Shown here piece by piece: positions 11,547 through 23,385 of a stretch of DNA of 64,000 bases (the first letter of the stretch is position 1; the number at the start of each line of letters is the position of its first letter). A program made the translations under genes and the position numbers. The notes beneath the pieces were generated by a model. That model ran no database searches. It was given only the letters and a program-made list of their open reading frames with translations, and was not told the DNA's origin. The stretch is from the NCBI GenBank assembly GCA_964016885.1, contig OZ024740.1, positions 250,108,001 to 250,172,000 on the forward strand, written 5' to 3'. The DNA is from Eledone cirrhosa. Lineage: Eukaryota.

Positions 11547-11962
11547 TTCAAAAATATATATTGAGTTAAAAACTTACAATAATCTCTTATAATCAAATTA
11601 GCTCAAGGGAAAACTTTTCCGAGCCTTATAACACAGTAAAGAGAGACAAAAACAGATATAAATATATGTGTTCAAATCACAAGGGTTTCTGTCTCTTGTG
11701 ATTGGAATGCATATATTTATAAACGTGTTCGTCTCTGTTTACTGCGTATAAATCACAAGAGACAGAAACCCTTGTGATTTGAACACATATATTTATATCT
11801 GTTTTTGTCTCTCTTTACTGTGTTATAAGGCTCGGAAAAGTTTTCCCTTGAGCTAATTTGATTATAAGAGATTATTGTAAGTTTTTAACTCAATATATAT
11901 TTTTGAAGCTGAAGCTCATGGTGGAGATGACGAAGGACCGTGACAAGTGGAGAGATGCTGTG
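11492..11962. repeat. Apparently perfect 212-bp inverted duplication (11492-11703 / 11751-11962)
   Basis: The arms read as exact reverse complements and include 55 bp of the adjacent RTE. Confidence 0.9.
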
Positions 11963-12355
11963 TGTGTGCGTGCATGTATGCGCATGTGTGAGTGTGTGTG
12001 TGTGCGCGCGCGCAGGATATTTGTAGATAAAAGGCCAAGGAAAACCATACACAATCTATAGCAAGAGAGTTTACTTAGTATATTTAAAATTTCATACACT
12101 TAACATGTCTTAACCTTAGGCCAAGCTATGGCCACCACTGTTCAGTGGTCATGGATCCTGATGACTTTATATGATGCATCAAACACTCCTTGATTCTACT
12201 CATATATTTGGCACATATATATAAGTTCACATACAATTGCTTATAGATAATATTTAATTATACTTATGACATATGATTTACAACCACTCTTACTACAATG
12301 CACATGTTACATTTTTTTGTACTTTTGATGACTCTATGTATTGCATCGAACACTG

Positions 12356-12569
12356 CAAATCCCGCCAAGGTTAACTTTGCCTTTCATCCTTACGGGGTCG
12401 ATAATATAAAGCACCAGTAATGTACTGGGATAATTGCTGGCCTTGTGCCAAAAGTAGAAACAATTATTTCCTTCATCGGTAGAGGGTCTGACGCCATGCT
12501 TTGCAACATAGAGTTACGGCCCTTTATGATCTGAGTTCAAATCCCGCCGAGGTTAATTTTGCCTTTCAT
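12356..12569 (+). mobile_element. Two partial S1 SINEs (3' half 12356-12468, then 5' half 12476-12569)
   Basis: Both pieces match the S1 copy at 58882-59065. Confidence 0.8.
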
Positions 12570-12799
12570 ACTGCAGAAAATTGCGTAATGAGGTCCAATT
12601 GTTTTTTAATATAGTTGATATTTGGCCCATACAACTTCAGGTCATCAACAAAGAAAAGATGGGATATACTTCTGGAACCACTTCCATGACCACTTTGTTT
12701 TGTGAGCAGGTATGATAGTGGGTTTAGTGAGAGGACGAAGAGCAGTACTGATAAGCTATCAGTCTGAAAGATGCCTTTCTAGTAGTGTATTGTATCAGT

Positions 12800-13330
12800 C
12801 TTAATTTTCTCCTTCTCACTCCTAAGGATCAAATTGGTGTACCAGTTCAAAAGCAGTATCTAGTGGTTTGAGACTTTGGTTAACTGTAAAGCCTTAATAA
12901 TCCATCCATGAGGTACACTATTAAAAGCCTTCTGATAGTCCAACCACACCACAGTCGTGTTCCTGTAATTCTTTGCTGTATTTTTCTGTTTCATTTTATT
13001 TGTTAGTAGGTGATCTTTCCACCAGCTTGTTCAGGTGTTATAATTTTCTTGGTAGCACAGTGATCCTGTAAGAACAGATTAAGGCACCCAGTGTATAATT
13101 TATACATGATGTTCTGGCAGGCTATTGGGCAGTAATTTTAGCAAGGATGGTCTGGCTATTTTTTGGGGCAGTTCTTGTGTGCCTTTGATGGTTTCTCTAA
13201 ACAGCCATATGAGATCTTGCCAATAGAAGGTGAAATTCTTCAGCCAGTATCCTGTTGAATTCCTATTTGACGTTTTCAGCAGAGCTGTTTCCAGTATTGA
13301 CCCATTTACGTCATATTGTTTTGTCTGGAC
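12800..13330 (-). mobile_element. Degenerate RT fragment, R4/Dong-like non-LTR element
   Basis: Minus-strand peptides PIACQNIMYKLYTGCL and WLDYQKAFNSVPHGWIIKALQ. Confidence 0.55.
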
Positions 13331-13599
13331 ATGCTGGCAGTATTCCTGTTCCAGTTCAGGAATATGTATATGTGTACATGCACATATGTATGTACATGTA
13401 TAATCATATTGCTTCTAGTCTAGGTGTGTGCATCTGAAGGTGAGATTTTGTGTGTGCGTATATGCATGTATGTGTATGTGTGTCTGTCTGCGTAATATGT
13501 GTAAGCATGTATGTCCGCATTATTTTTATATGTATCTTTGTATTTTTATAAATATCTTTGTATTTTTATATTTATCTTTGAAAGGGTCTGGCCTGGCAG

Positions 13600-16500
13600 G
13601 TGCCCCATGGTACCACAGCATGGGCCCAGTCATCATCCTGCCACTGTGAAGAAGAAGTTGAAACCTATGAATATTGGTTGCTGGAACATCCGGACCTTAT
13701 TAGATTTGGTGTCTTCAGAATCATGACCAGAAAGAAGATACAATATGGACATTGTTGCCTTATCTGAAACAAGGTTACTCGAAGAAGGTCATATCACTGA
13801 GATGTCCAGTGGCTACACGTTTTACTGAAGTAGCAGAGCAGCAGGATGCAAAAGGAAAGCAGGTGTGGCTTTTGCAGTGAAAATGTCTTTGGTGTTGACA
13901 CTTGACCAGGTTCCAAGTGGCATCAGTGATTATCTCATGTCAATGAGAATTCCTCTGATGTACAATCGCTACCTTACCATTGTCAGTGTATATGTATCAA
14001 TGATAAATTCCAATGAAGAGGAGAAACTCGCCTTTTACAGGTCTTTGAAGGAACTTGTCAAAAAGATTCCTTCAGTAGACAAAATTGTCATACTTGGTGA
14101 TTTCAACGCACGTGTTGGCAGGGATTATGAAATTTGGGATGTGATCAGCAGACATGGCATAGGAAAATGTAACAGCAATGGTCTCCTCTTGCTACAATGG
14201 TCTCCTCTTGTGTGGAGTTAGATTTGTTCATTGCAAGCACGATGTTCCAGCAAAAGGATAAGTTCAAGAACACGGATGCACCCTGGGTCGAAAGTATGGC
14301 ATCTGATCAACTATGTTCTTGTGAAGAAATGTGACATGCAGGATATCAAGCATGTGCGTGTTCTGATAGGCGCAGAGTGCTGGATAGACCATCGCCTGGT
14401 CCACACCAAGGCAAACTTCATACTCAAACCTCAACCCAGAGAAAATGGTGTCAAGATTCCAAAGCGCTTGAAGATAGATCATATGAAAGATAAGGGTGTC
14501 AAGGAAGAGCTGTGTCGCAGGCTTGAAAGCATTAATTGTGCAAACAACTGGAATGACTTCAGGAGCTCAGTCTATGATGTTTCAGCAGAGGTTCTTGGCT
14601 TTGTCACAAGAAAACACAAGGAGTGTTTTGATGAGAATAACCAGGAGGTTAAGGCTCTGCTGGACAAAACAAAAGGCACTCGACGCAGTTCTTAAAGGTG
14701 GTAGCTCTGTTGGTGACAATTATGAGCATTACTGAAAGGTAAAGAAGGAGGTGCAGGTGAAAGTCAGGGCCATGCAAAATAAAGCAGATGAAGTTCAAGC
14801 AGCATCTAATGGCAACAATGTGAAACTGCTGCACACTCTACTCAGAGAAGTGTATGGCCCTTTGAGCTCATCAATGACACCTTTGAGATTGAAAGATGGC
14901 AAGCAGTTACTGCGTGATCCAAAATACTTACTCGCCAGATGAAGAGATCACTCTGATGAGCTCTTGAACCAGCCATCCCAGGTTGATGATGATTTCATTT
15001 GCTCCATTCCTATTGAACCAGTGAAGCATGAGATGGCTGATGTACTCTCTCTTGCAGCGGTGACTTCTGCTGTGCATAAGCTGAACTGTGGGAAGTCTCT
15101 TGGTATGGATGGTCTGAGTGCAGAGGTTTTGAAGTGCAGTGATGAAAACTTCATGCAGCACCTGACTGACCTCATGAAAAAGGTGTAGGAAGATGAGAGT
15201 GTTCAACAAGATTGAAAGGATGCACTCATGGTGATTCTCCATAAAGGAAAGGGTGGGGAAGACAAATGTGGCAATTTTCGTGGCATATCACTTCTTACAG
15301 TAGTTGGTAAAGTCATGTGTGGAATTTTGATGAATAGATTGATCCCAAAGGTTGCTCTGAATGTGTTGCTTGAGTCACAGTGTGGGTTCAGAAATGAAAG
15401 AGTAACAGTGGATATGATCTTTTCTGCTCAGCAACTGCAAGAAAAGTGTATCGAACAATGTATGGACCTTTACCAGGTCTTTGTTGACTTGACAAAAGCC
15501 TTTGACACCGTCAATTGAACTGCGTTGTGGAAAATTTTGGAACAGCTTGGCTGTTCTCCAAAGTTTGTCAAAAATTCTGTGTCTTTTTCATGATGACATG
15601 AAGGTTTGGGTCAGTATTGGTGCTAGCATCTCTGAACTATATCAGTTGAAAATGGAGTGAAGCAGCGGGACATTCCGGCTCCAACTCTGTTTTCCTTATA
15701 TTTTACAATAGTATTTCTCGCGGCATTCAAGAAAAATTGTTTGTATGGAGTTTACATCAGGTATCGCACTTGAGGCGCTTTGGTGCAAGCACGAAGGTAT
15801 TAACATCTATAATTCGAGTATTTTTGTAAGCAGATGGCTGCGATGTTTTTGCACATTCACAAAGTGACATGCAGCATATTATGAACTCTTTTTCTGCAGC
15901 TTGCAGTGCTTTGGGCCTCACAATAAGCTTGGAAAAGACTGTTGTGATGTATCAGCCAGCACCTGGGATAGAATACACTACACCAAGTGTGTACATGTAC
16001 GGAAAGGGGCTAAAAGTTGCTGACAAGCTTGTTTACCTTGGTAGTACATTGAACAATTCATGCACACTTGATGAAGAGATATCCTTAAGAAACAAGAAAG
16101 CTAGTGATGCTTTTGGATTGCTGAATGAATGTTTATGGTCCAGATGAGGTATTACTAGAGAAAGCAAGGTAAAAGTGTATATGACGTGTGTCATCTCTTC
16201 TTTGCTTTATGCTTGTGAAACAGGGGTCACATACAGAAAGCACCTCAAGGAACTGGAGAGGTTTCACCAACAATCTCTTTGTAAGATACTTGGGGTGCAA
16301 TGGAGCAGGTGCATGAGCATAGACAGCATCATCTTTTGGCATCGGTTGAGGTGGTGCGGTCATGTGGCCTGGATGTCTTATGATCGTATTCCAAAGCAAC
16401 TTCTCTATGGTGAACTGTGCAAAGGAAGGCGACCACCACACAAATCGAAAATGCTGTACTGGGACTGTGTCAGGGGCACCTTGGCTTGCATTGGAATTTC

Positions 16501-16970
16501 ATCTGATGAATGGGAGAAAATGTCTGAGGAGCATGTGAAGTGGAGACATTTGATCAAGCCAGGAAGTGAATATTTTGAAACTCGTCGAAGAGAACACCTA
16601 ACACTGAAAAGGAAGGTGAGGAAAAGGGACTGTTCTGAACTGTTGAGCAGCATTTGGTTTGCCAGCACTGTGGTTGAGTGCCTGAGCAAAGCTGGTTTGA
16701 TTAGACATGAACAAAGTAATATCAGTAGACCTCATGTAGATTATGATCTGAAAAGGTGCAAAGAATGTGCTAGCATGGGAGGGTTTAAAAGACATATGAG
16801 AACATACAGTCAGAACCAAGCAGTGGAAAGTCCCATAAGAGCCTACAGATGCCATGTGTGTGCCAGAGGGTGCAAGTCTTTGGCTGGTTTAAAGAGCCAC
16901 ATTCGTGCCTCACATTTTTTAGCATTTTATTGGGCGATGGCAGTGTTCGAACATGAGTTTGCAGCCCTCA
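13600..16970 (+). mobile_element. Near full-length degenerate RTE/BovB-like LINE with C-terminal C2H2 fingers
   Basis: APE motifs NIGCWNIRTL, ALSET and ILGDFNARVG. RT motifs FRGISLL, ESQCGFR, FVDLTKAFDTVN and YLGS, then RLRWCGHV. C-terminus has CHVCARGCKSLAGLKSHIRASH. Many stops. Confidence 0.9.
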
Positions 16971-17598
16971 TATATATATATATTTGAAAAGGGAGTAAGG
17001 GTCTATATAAAACAAGGGTTATAGAGAAAAAGTGGAATTGGAAATAGCACGAAAAATATATTTAAGGATCTGTTTTTCTTTTTTTCTTCATTGATTCATC
17101 AAAGTGACATTATTGAAAAAAATGAGAGGAATAATTCTTTTAAAAAAAGAGTTTTATAATGTATATAAAATATATAAAATATAACCGGTTTCGATGTATC
17201 GGTGAATTAAAAAGAATTAAAGAGAATAAAAATTTTTTTTTTTAAAATTTAGAATTAAGTGTTGAAACAGTCTGTTCATCTTTTTTGTTCAACACTTAAT
17301 TTTAAATAAAAAAAAAAAATGTATTCTCTTTTATTCTTTTTAATTGTAATATTAAACATTTGAGAAGATGGTTCACACTGATATATCGAAACCAGTTATA
17401 TTTTATACTTTATATATATAGATATTTTATATAGATTATAAAACTCTTTTTTTAAAAGAATTGTTCCTCTCATTTTTTCAATAATTTAACTTTGACGAAT
17501 TAAAGAAGAAAAAAAGAAAAACAGATCCTTAAATATTTTCGGATCTGTATAGAACCTTACTCCCTTTTCAAATTTCTCAAACTATACAAATCCAGAAA

Positions 17599-20500
17599 AT
17601 GGCATTGGAACCTGACAACACAACTACAAATATAAATGAGGAAATCCTAAAAGTACTACAAGAGATAAACGGAAAACTCACAATTCTTACAGAAAAACTT
17701 GATAAACCACAAAACTCTACACTGGTCGATAACAACGAAGACAATATTATAACAACCAATAACCAATTCAACCTAAACATACAGCACTTACGCAACTCCA
17801 TGGAAAAACTTATAATGTTAAAATAGAACAAGAAACCTCATACCATATTAAAAACAAAACTGGAAAAAAACAATTGAAAACAAAAAAATTCACTTTTTGG
17901 AATATGGTGAAAAATATGAACAAAGAAAAATGGATCAACTCCACACCACTAATCTTACTCCATAAATTCCAAATAAAACCCATAACTAATGAACCTGAAC
18001 AACGGAAACTACGAGAACAAATGTCACTCAACAAAATGAATATGGGAATAGAACTCTTAAAATTAAGAGCCACCTCCAATGAACAAAAATACCAGGATAT
18101 TGACCAAAAAATGATTGTGTTAAGCACACTGAGGGACCAACCGACAAAATTTAATTGAATCCTGGAAACAGGACTGTTAGAATGCAGAACAAATTCGTTC
18201 CTTAAATATGAAGGGGATTTCAAAACAATACATCATGCAGATAACCCCTTTATAAAGAAATTAAACAAAACAAGAACCCCCACAGAAACATTCATCCTAC
18301 CAACCCCAACACACATAAACCACAGACAAAACCCCATTCAACACAAACCAAATACAGCCAACTACAGCAGAAGAAACATACCCAACCACCACAACATAGG
18401 TATCCACAAAAATATCTCCTATGGAAACCAACCCCAAAACAACATAGAACTAACCTGCAACACAAACACCATATACTTCATAAGAAATCCACACAGACCA
18501 CATGAAATCCCAACAAAACCTTCCAACATTAACAACTACAACAGGTATCACCCTCAACGCTACAAAAAACAACCCCACAACATCAACACTATGCATCCCA
18601 GAAAGAACCCACCCAGACCACATGAACCCATAACAGAACTCTTACACAATAAAAACTACAACAGATACCACCCCATCACCACATTAACTCTCATAAAAAA
18701 AAAAAACTATAGATCTATACAAAACAGACAAGCAAACTACAATTACAACCAAAACAACATTCCTTTTAGAGGAAAAAGACTGAAATTCCTGGACACCCGA
18801 TGGCTCCCACTCATGAAAAACTGAAGATATCACTAACTAACACACAAATTAACATATTAAGTAAGGGACTGAAATTTACACCCACACCACAAAAATCTAA
18901 CTTCTGACCTCATGGAATTCTGCCGAAAACTTAGACTAATAGAATACTTCTCCAATGACACCAACACTGAAGACGAATCAATAGTCAGAAACAAAAGTGA
19001 TTTCTACCAACAGAAAGGGGGGAACACAGCACTGGACACCTACTGCAAATGCATCATCAATTTTCCCTATGAAAAAATTGCAAATAAACACACAAAATCA
19101 AACATCTCTAAACACGAATGGAAAGAATTATTCACACTTCAAGATAATACTGCAATAACCATCAAAGAAGCCAATAAAGGGAGTACTGTTGTCATTATGA
19201 ACACTGACTAATATAGGGACCTGGCACTTAAAATCTTAGACGACATCAAATACTATGGAAAAGCAGAAAATACAAACAAACTAAAACAATGGGGAATCTC
19301 CTGGCATTACTACAAAAATATCACAATAACCAAACCACAAAAGAATTTGAATACATGAGCCATTTCAAATGTAAAACAAGAACTTTCTATGGCTTACTGA
19401 AGATCCACAAGTGTGATACTTCGACTAACAAATACATACAATTAACACCACCAAAATAATTAAAACTCAGACCAATTATAGCAGGCCCTGCATGTGAAAC
19501 CCACAGACTCAGCAACTTCCTGGACATCCTACTAAAACCCTTCCTAAAACATATACAGAGCTACATACGGAATGATCTTGATATGCTGAACCACCTACCC
19601 AAAACAGTAAGTGAAAACACTATTCTTGTCTCCTTTGACGTAGTAAACCTCTACACCAACATACCCCATAACTATGGAATAACAGGAATCCAGTACTGGC
19701 TAGACATTCACCAATCTGAAATACCAACTCGCATTAATAAAAACTTCATCATTGATGGACTCAGAATAATTTTTTTACTTTCAATGATTCAACATACCGA
19801 CAAATCTCAGGTACTGCAATGGGCACAAAGGTATTTAGTGATGGGGTTCCACAAACAACAGATCTACAACCAATCCCTTCTATCATTCGGAGACTCTTTC
19901 CTTACACATCTTAAAAATAATTGGAAGAGCTACCTAGACGATTGCTCATACTATGGCAGGAAGACATGGATACACTCACTATTTTCAAAAATATGATAAA
20001 CAACATTAACAATAACATACAATTCACAATGGAAGCCAACTCCAAGGAATTAGCCTTCTTGGATATCCTCATTTTAAAAACAGATGGGAAAATAGAAACA
20101 GACATCTTTTATAAACCCACGGACTCTAAACAGTATCTCCTCTTCACATCAAATCACCCAAAACATACAAAACTTAATATTCCTTTTAACTTAGCCAAAC
20201 GTATATGCACCACAGTATCAGACCCAGTTAAACAGGAACAAAAACTAAATGAACTAAAAAAACACACTTACCGTAAGAGCCTTCCCACTTGACATGATTA
20301 ATAACGGAATAGACAGAGCAAAACACATAAATTTTCATCAACTTAACAATCTAGAGCACGGAACCACAAACAATACCTTACCATATGTATCCACCTTCAA
20401 CCCCAGAAACACCAAAATGTTCAACCCCCTACACAAAAACCTCCCCATTCTATTTAAAGATGAAAAAATGAAAAAAAAATCCTAGAAACACACAAGATCA

Positions 20501-20980
20501 TTAAAAGTAAAAGGCAACCCAAATCACTAAAACACATTCTCAGTGAAACAAAGATACACAAACCAATCTCCAACTTTACGGTAACAAAATGCAGTAGAAC
20601 AAACTGTGGCACATGCCTATACTTATTGAAGGACAAAAATTCACATTTAAATATGGCCAAACTTTTACAGGGAAAACAACTTCACTTCCAACACAGAGAA
20701 CCTGATCTACGTAATCACACGCGGTGGTTGTCGACATAACTACTTAGGACAGACGGGGGTGTCATTATGCAAAAGAATGACCATCCATCGCCAACAAATC
20801 CAAGATGTAAACACTAGGAAAATCCCCATAAGTAGCCACATTGCAGATTGTGCAGGAATGACCCTACCCAACTTTAAAATCTTCCCTCTTTATAAGTGCT
20901 CACATTCTTTCACACAACAACAAAGAATATATAAATAAAAACTATTTATTAACAGATTTAAACCAAAATTAAATATGTAA
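17599..20980 (+). pseudogene. PLE RT + GIY-YIG endonuclease ORF (frameshifted)
   Basis: IKEANKGSTVVIMN, RPIIAGPAC, SFDVVNLYTNIPH, YLDD, FLDILI and FYKPTD are followed by a Cys linker KCSRTNCGTC, then NLIYVIT..C...YLGQTG, ending KPKLNM*. Confidence 0.9.
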
Positions 20981-21070
20981 TCACCCCCATTAGATTATTC
21001 ATAAAGACCTATTGATGAAGCACATACACATATACAGACAGATCGATACATTTGCACACATAATGTGCGT

Positions 21071-21084
21071 GTATATATATATGC

Positions 21085-21162
<78 letters not shown>

Positions 21163-21232
21163 GTATATATATGTATGTATGTGTGTGTGTATATGCATAC
21201 ACACACACACACCCCTCTCTCACACACACACA
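21071..21232. repeat. (TA)n/(TATG)n/(CA)n compound microsatellite
   Basis: Seen directly. Confidence 0.95.
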
Positions 21233-21971
21233 CAACAAAATAAAAAAGAAATTGTTCAAACACATATTTTCCAAAAGTTCCTGATTGAAAGCCATCACTG
21301 ATGCTTTGCTCTGTTTTTTTAAATTTCTTTTTATTTTCCCACCACAAAAGACCTCTGACAAACAAACTAAAGCACATACACACACACCACTACAAAAACA
21401 AACAAATATATACATATATGTATATACATGTGTCCCCCAAAATATTTCTCTAAGTTTTGATCCCATCATACTTACAATAAGCCTCACACACACATGTTTA
21501 TATACACACTCACACATACACACTCAAACTCTCTAAAACCATATTCCTAAAATAGAAATTCTTTTGACAATCGCATTCACCTCTCTCATTTACCTCTTCC
21601 CTATAGCAATTGTCTCTAGCTTTCATTTCCTCCCTTTCCACTCCTATCTGAACTTTTGACCAATCCACAATTGAGCCTATTCCTAAAAATAATTTTGTTC
21701 TCTGAAAAGACCCAACTACCACCACTACTTCTACTTCTACTGTGACTACCTCTCGCTATATATATAAGACTCCATTTTAGACCCAGTCTTCACAAGAAAG
21801 ATGAACAACACTTAATTTTTAATTTTTTAAAATTCTTTTTCATTGAAATGCTCAACATTTGATAAGATGGTTTACATTGATGCATTGAAACTGGTTGTAT
21901 TTTATATATTTTATATACATTATAAAACTCCTTTTATTTTAAAGAATTGTTTCTCTCATTTTTTCAATAAT

Positions 21972-22128
21972 TATTTCTACTTGTGGCACAAGGCCAGCAA
22001 TTATCCCAGTATATTACTGGTTCTTTATTTTATCGACCCCGTAAGGATGAAAGGCAAAGTTAAACTCGGCAGGATTTGAACTCAGACCATAAAGGGGCTT
22101 TAACTCTTTGCTGCAAAGCATGGTATTG
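21972..22128 (-). mobile_element. 5'-truncated S1 SINE inserted in the PLE 3' pLTR
   Basis: S1 sequence with TSD caataat at 21965-21971 and 22129-22135. Confidence 0.85.
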
Positions 22129-23351
22129 CAATAATGTCACTTTGACGAATCAAAGAAGAAAAAAAGAATATATTTTCCATGCTATAAGCTTCTCTGGGTA
22201 GAAAATGATGATGGGTTAAATAGGGTAGGAATTTTACTGGCCAAGAGGTGGATCAATAAGACAATAGAGGTAGTTAGAGTAAGTAATAGAATAATTAAGA
22301 TTAGATTAGTTGTAGGCAATAGACTGCTCCCCAAGCGGGCCTAGGTAAAGAAGAAATGGACTGCTTTTACAAGCAACTTCTAGAGACAACCATAGTGATA
22401 GAGGACAGAGACCTAGTCATACTAGCAGGTGACTTCAATAGTCATGTTGGACAGCTCCTGGATGGATACACTGGGGTACATGGTGGTCAAGGTTATGGCT
22501 CAGGAAACAAAGAAGGAGTGAGATTTTTTAAATTTTGTGATGCAAGTGAACTAACCATTAGCAACACTAACTTCAAGAAACCTACTGACCACTTAATAAC
22601 CTACCAATCAGGCGAGCACAGAACCCCGATTGGCTTCTTGCTAGTTAGGCAACAAGACAGATGATGGTTTCAAATACTAAGGCATACCCCAGGGAAGAAT
22701 GAACCCCCCCAACATAGGTTAGTCGTTAGTGACATATCAGTAAGCAAGAGACAAAATGAGACATACAGGAAGGTGTGAAAAAGGAAGGTTGGGAAGCTAA
22801 AAGACTTTTCACTAAAATATATATTTAGGAAAGCCTTTTAAGACATGTAGGATGAAAAAGAAGACGAATTGTAATCGTATGACATAGATGATAACTGGAA
22901 ATTCTTACGTGACAAGTTACTGCAGCCTACTGAAGAAACTTGTGACTGGCACAGAGCTCCAATCAGACAGAGGGTGACTTGGTGGTGGAACAGCATGGTG
23001 GATAGAGCCATTAAAGACAAAAGACTAGCATAGAAGGTTTGGACAAATGGTGGGAGTAGAGACCGATACTCAGCTGCTAAAAGTGAGGCTAGACGTCAGG
23101 TGTACTTAGCATACAGGGAAGCTGAGAGTTGGAGGTTTGCCAATATTCTGCGATGAGAAGATCAGAGGGCATGTGGTGTTTTGCATAGCGAGGCAGAGTG
23201 TCATTATAAATCAGGATGTTGTTGGAGATAAGTGTGTTTGAAATGATGCTGGTGCACTTTGTGTCACTGATGCTCAGAAAAAGGAGGCCTGGAAATGTTG
23301 AGAATGAATAGGAGAGAGAGAAACTACTACCAGTAGACCCAGCAGAGGGAC

Positions 23352-23353
<2 letters not shown>

Positions 23354-23385
<32 letters not shown>

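Noticed and set aside
20995-21536. YIYI/HTHT/VCVC-rich ORFs (also 43783-44173, 59253-59942, 39398-39580)
   Set aside because: Translations of TA/CA microsatellites.
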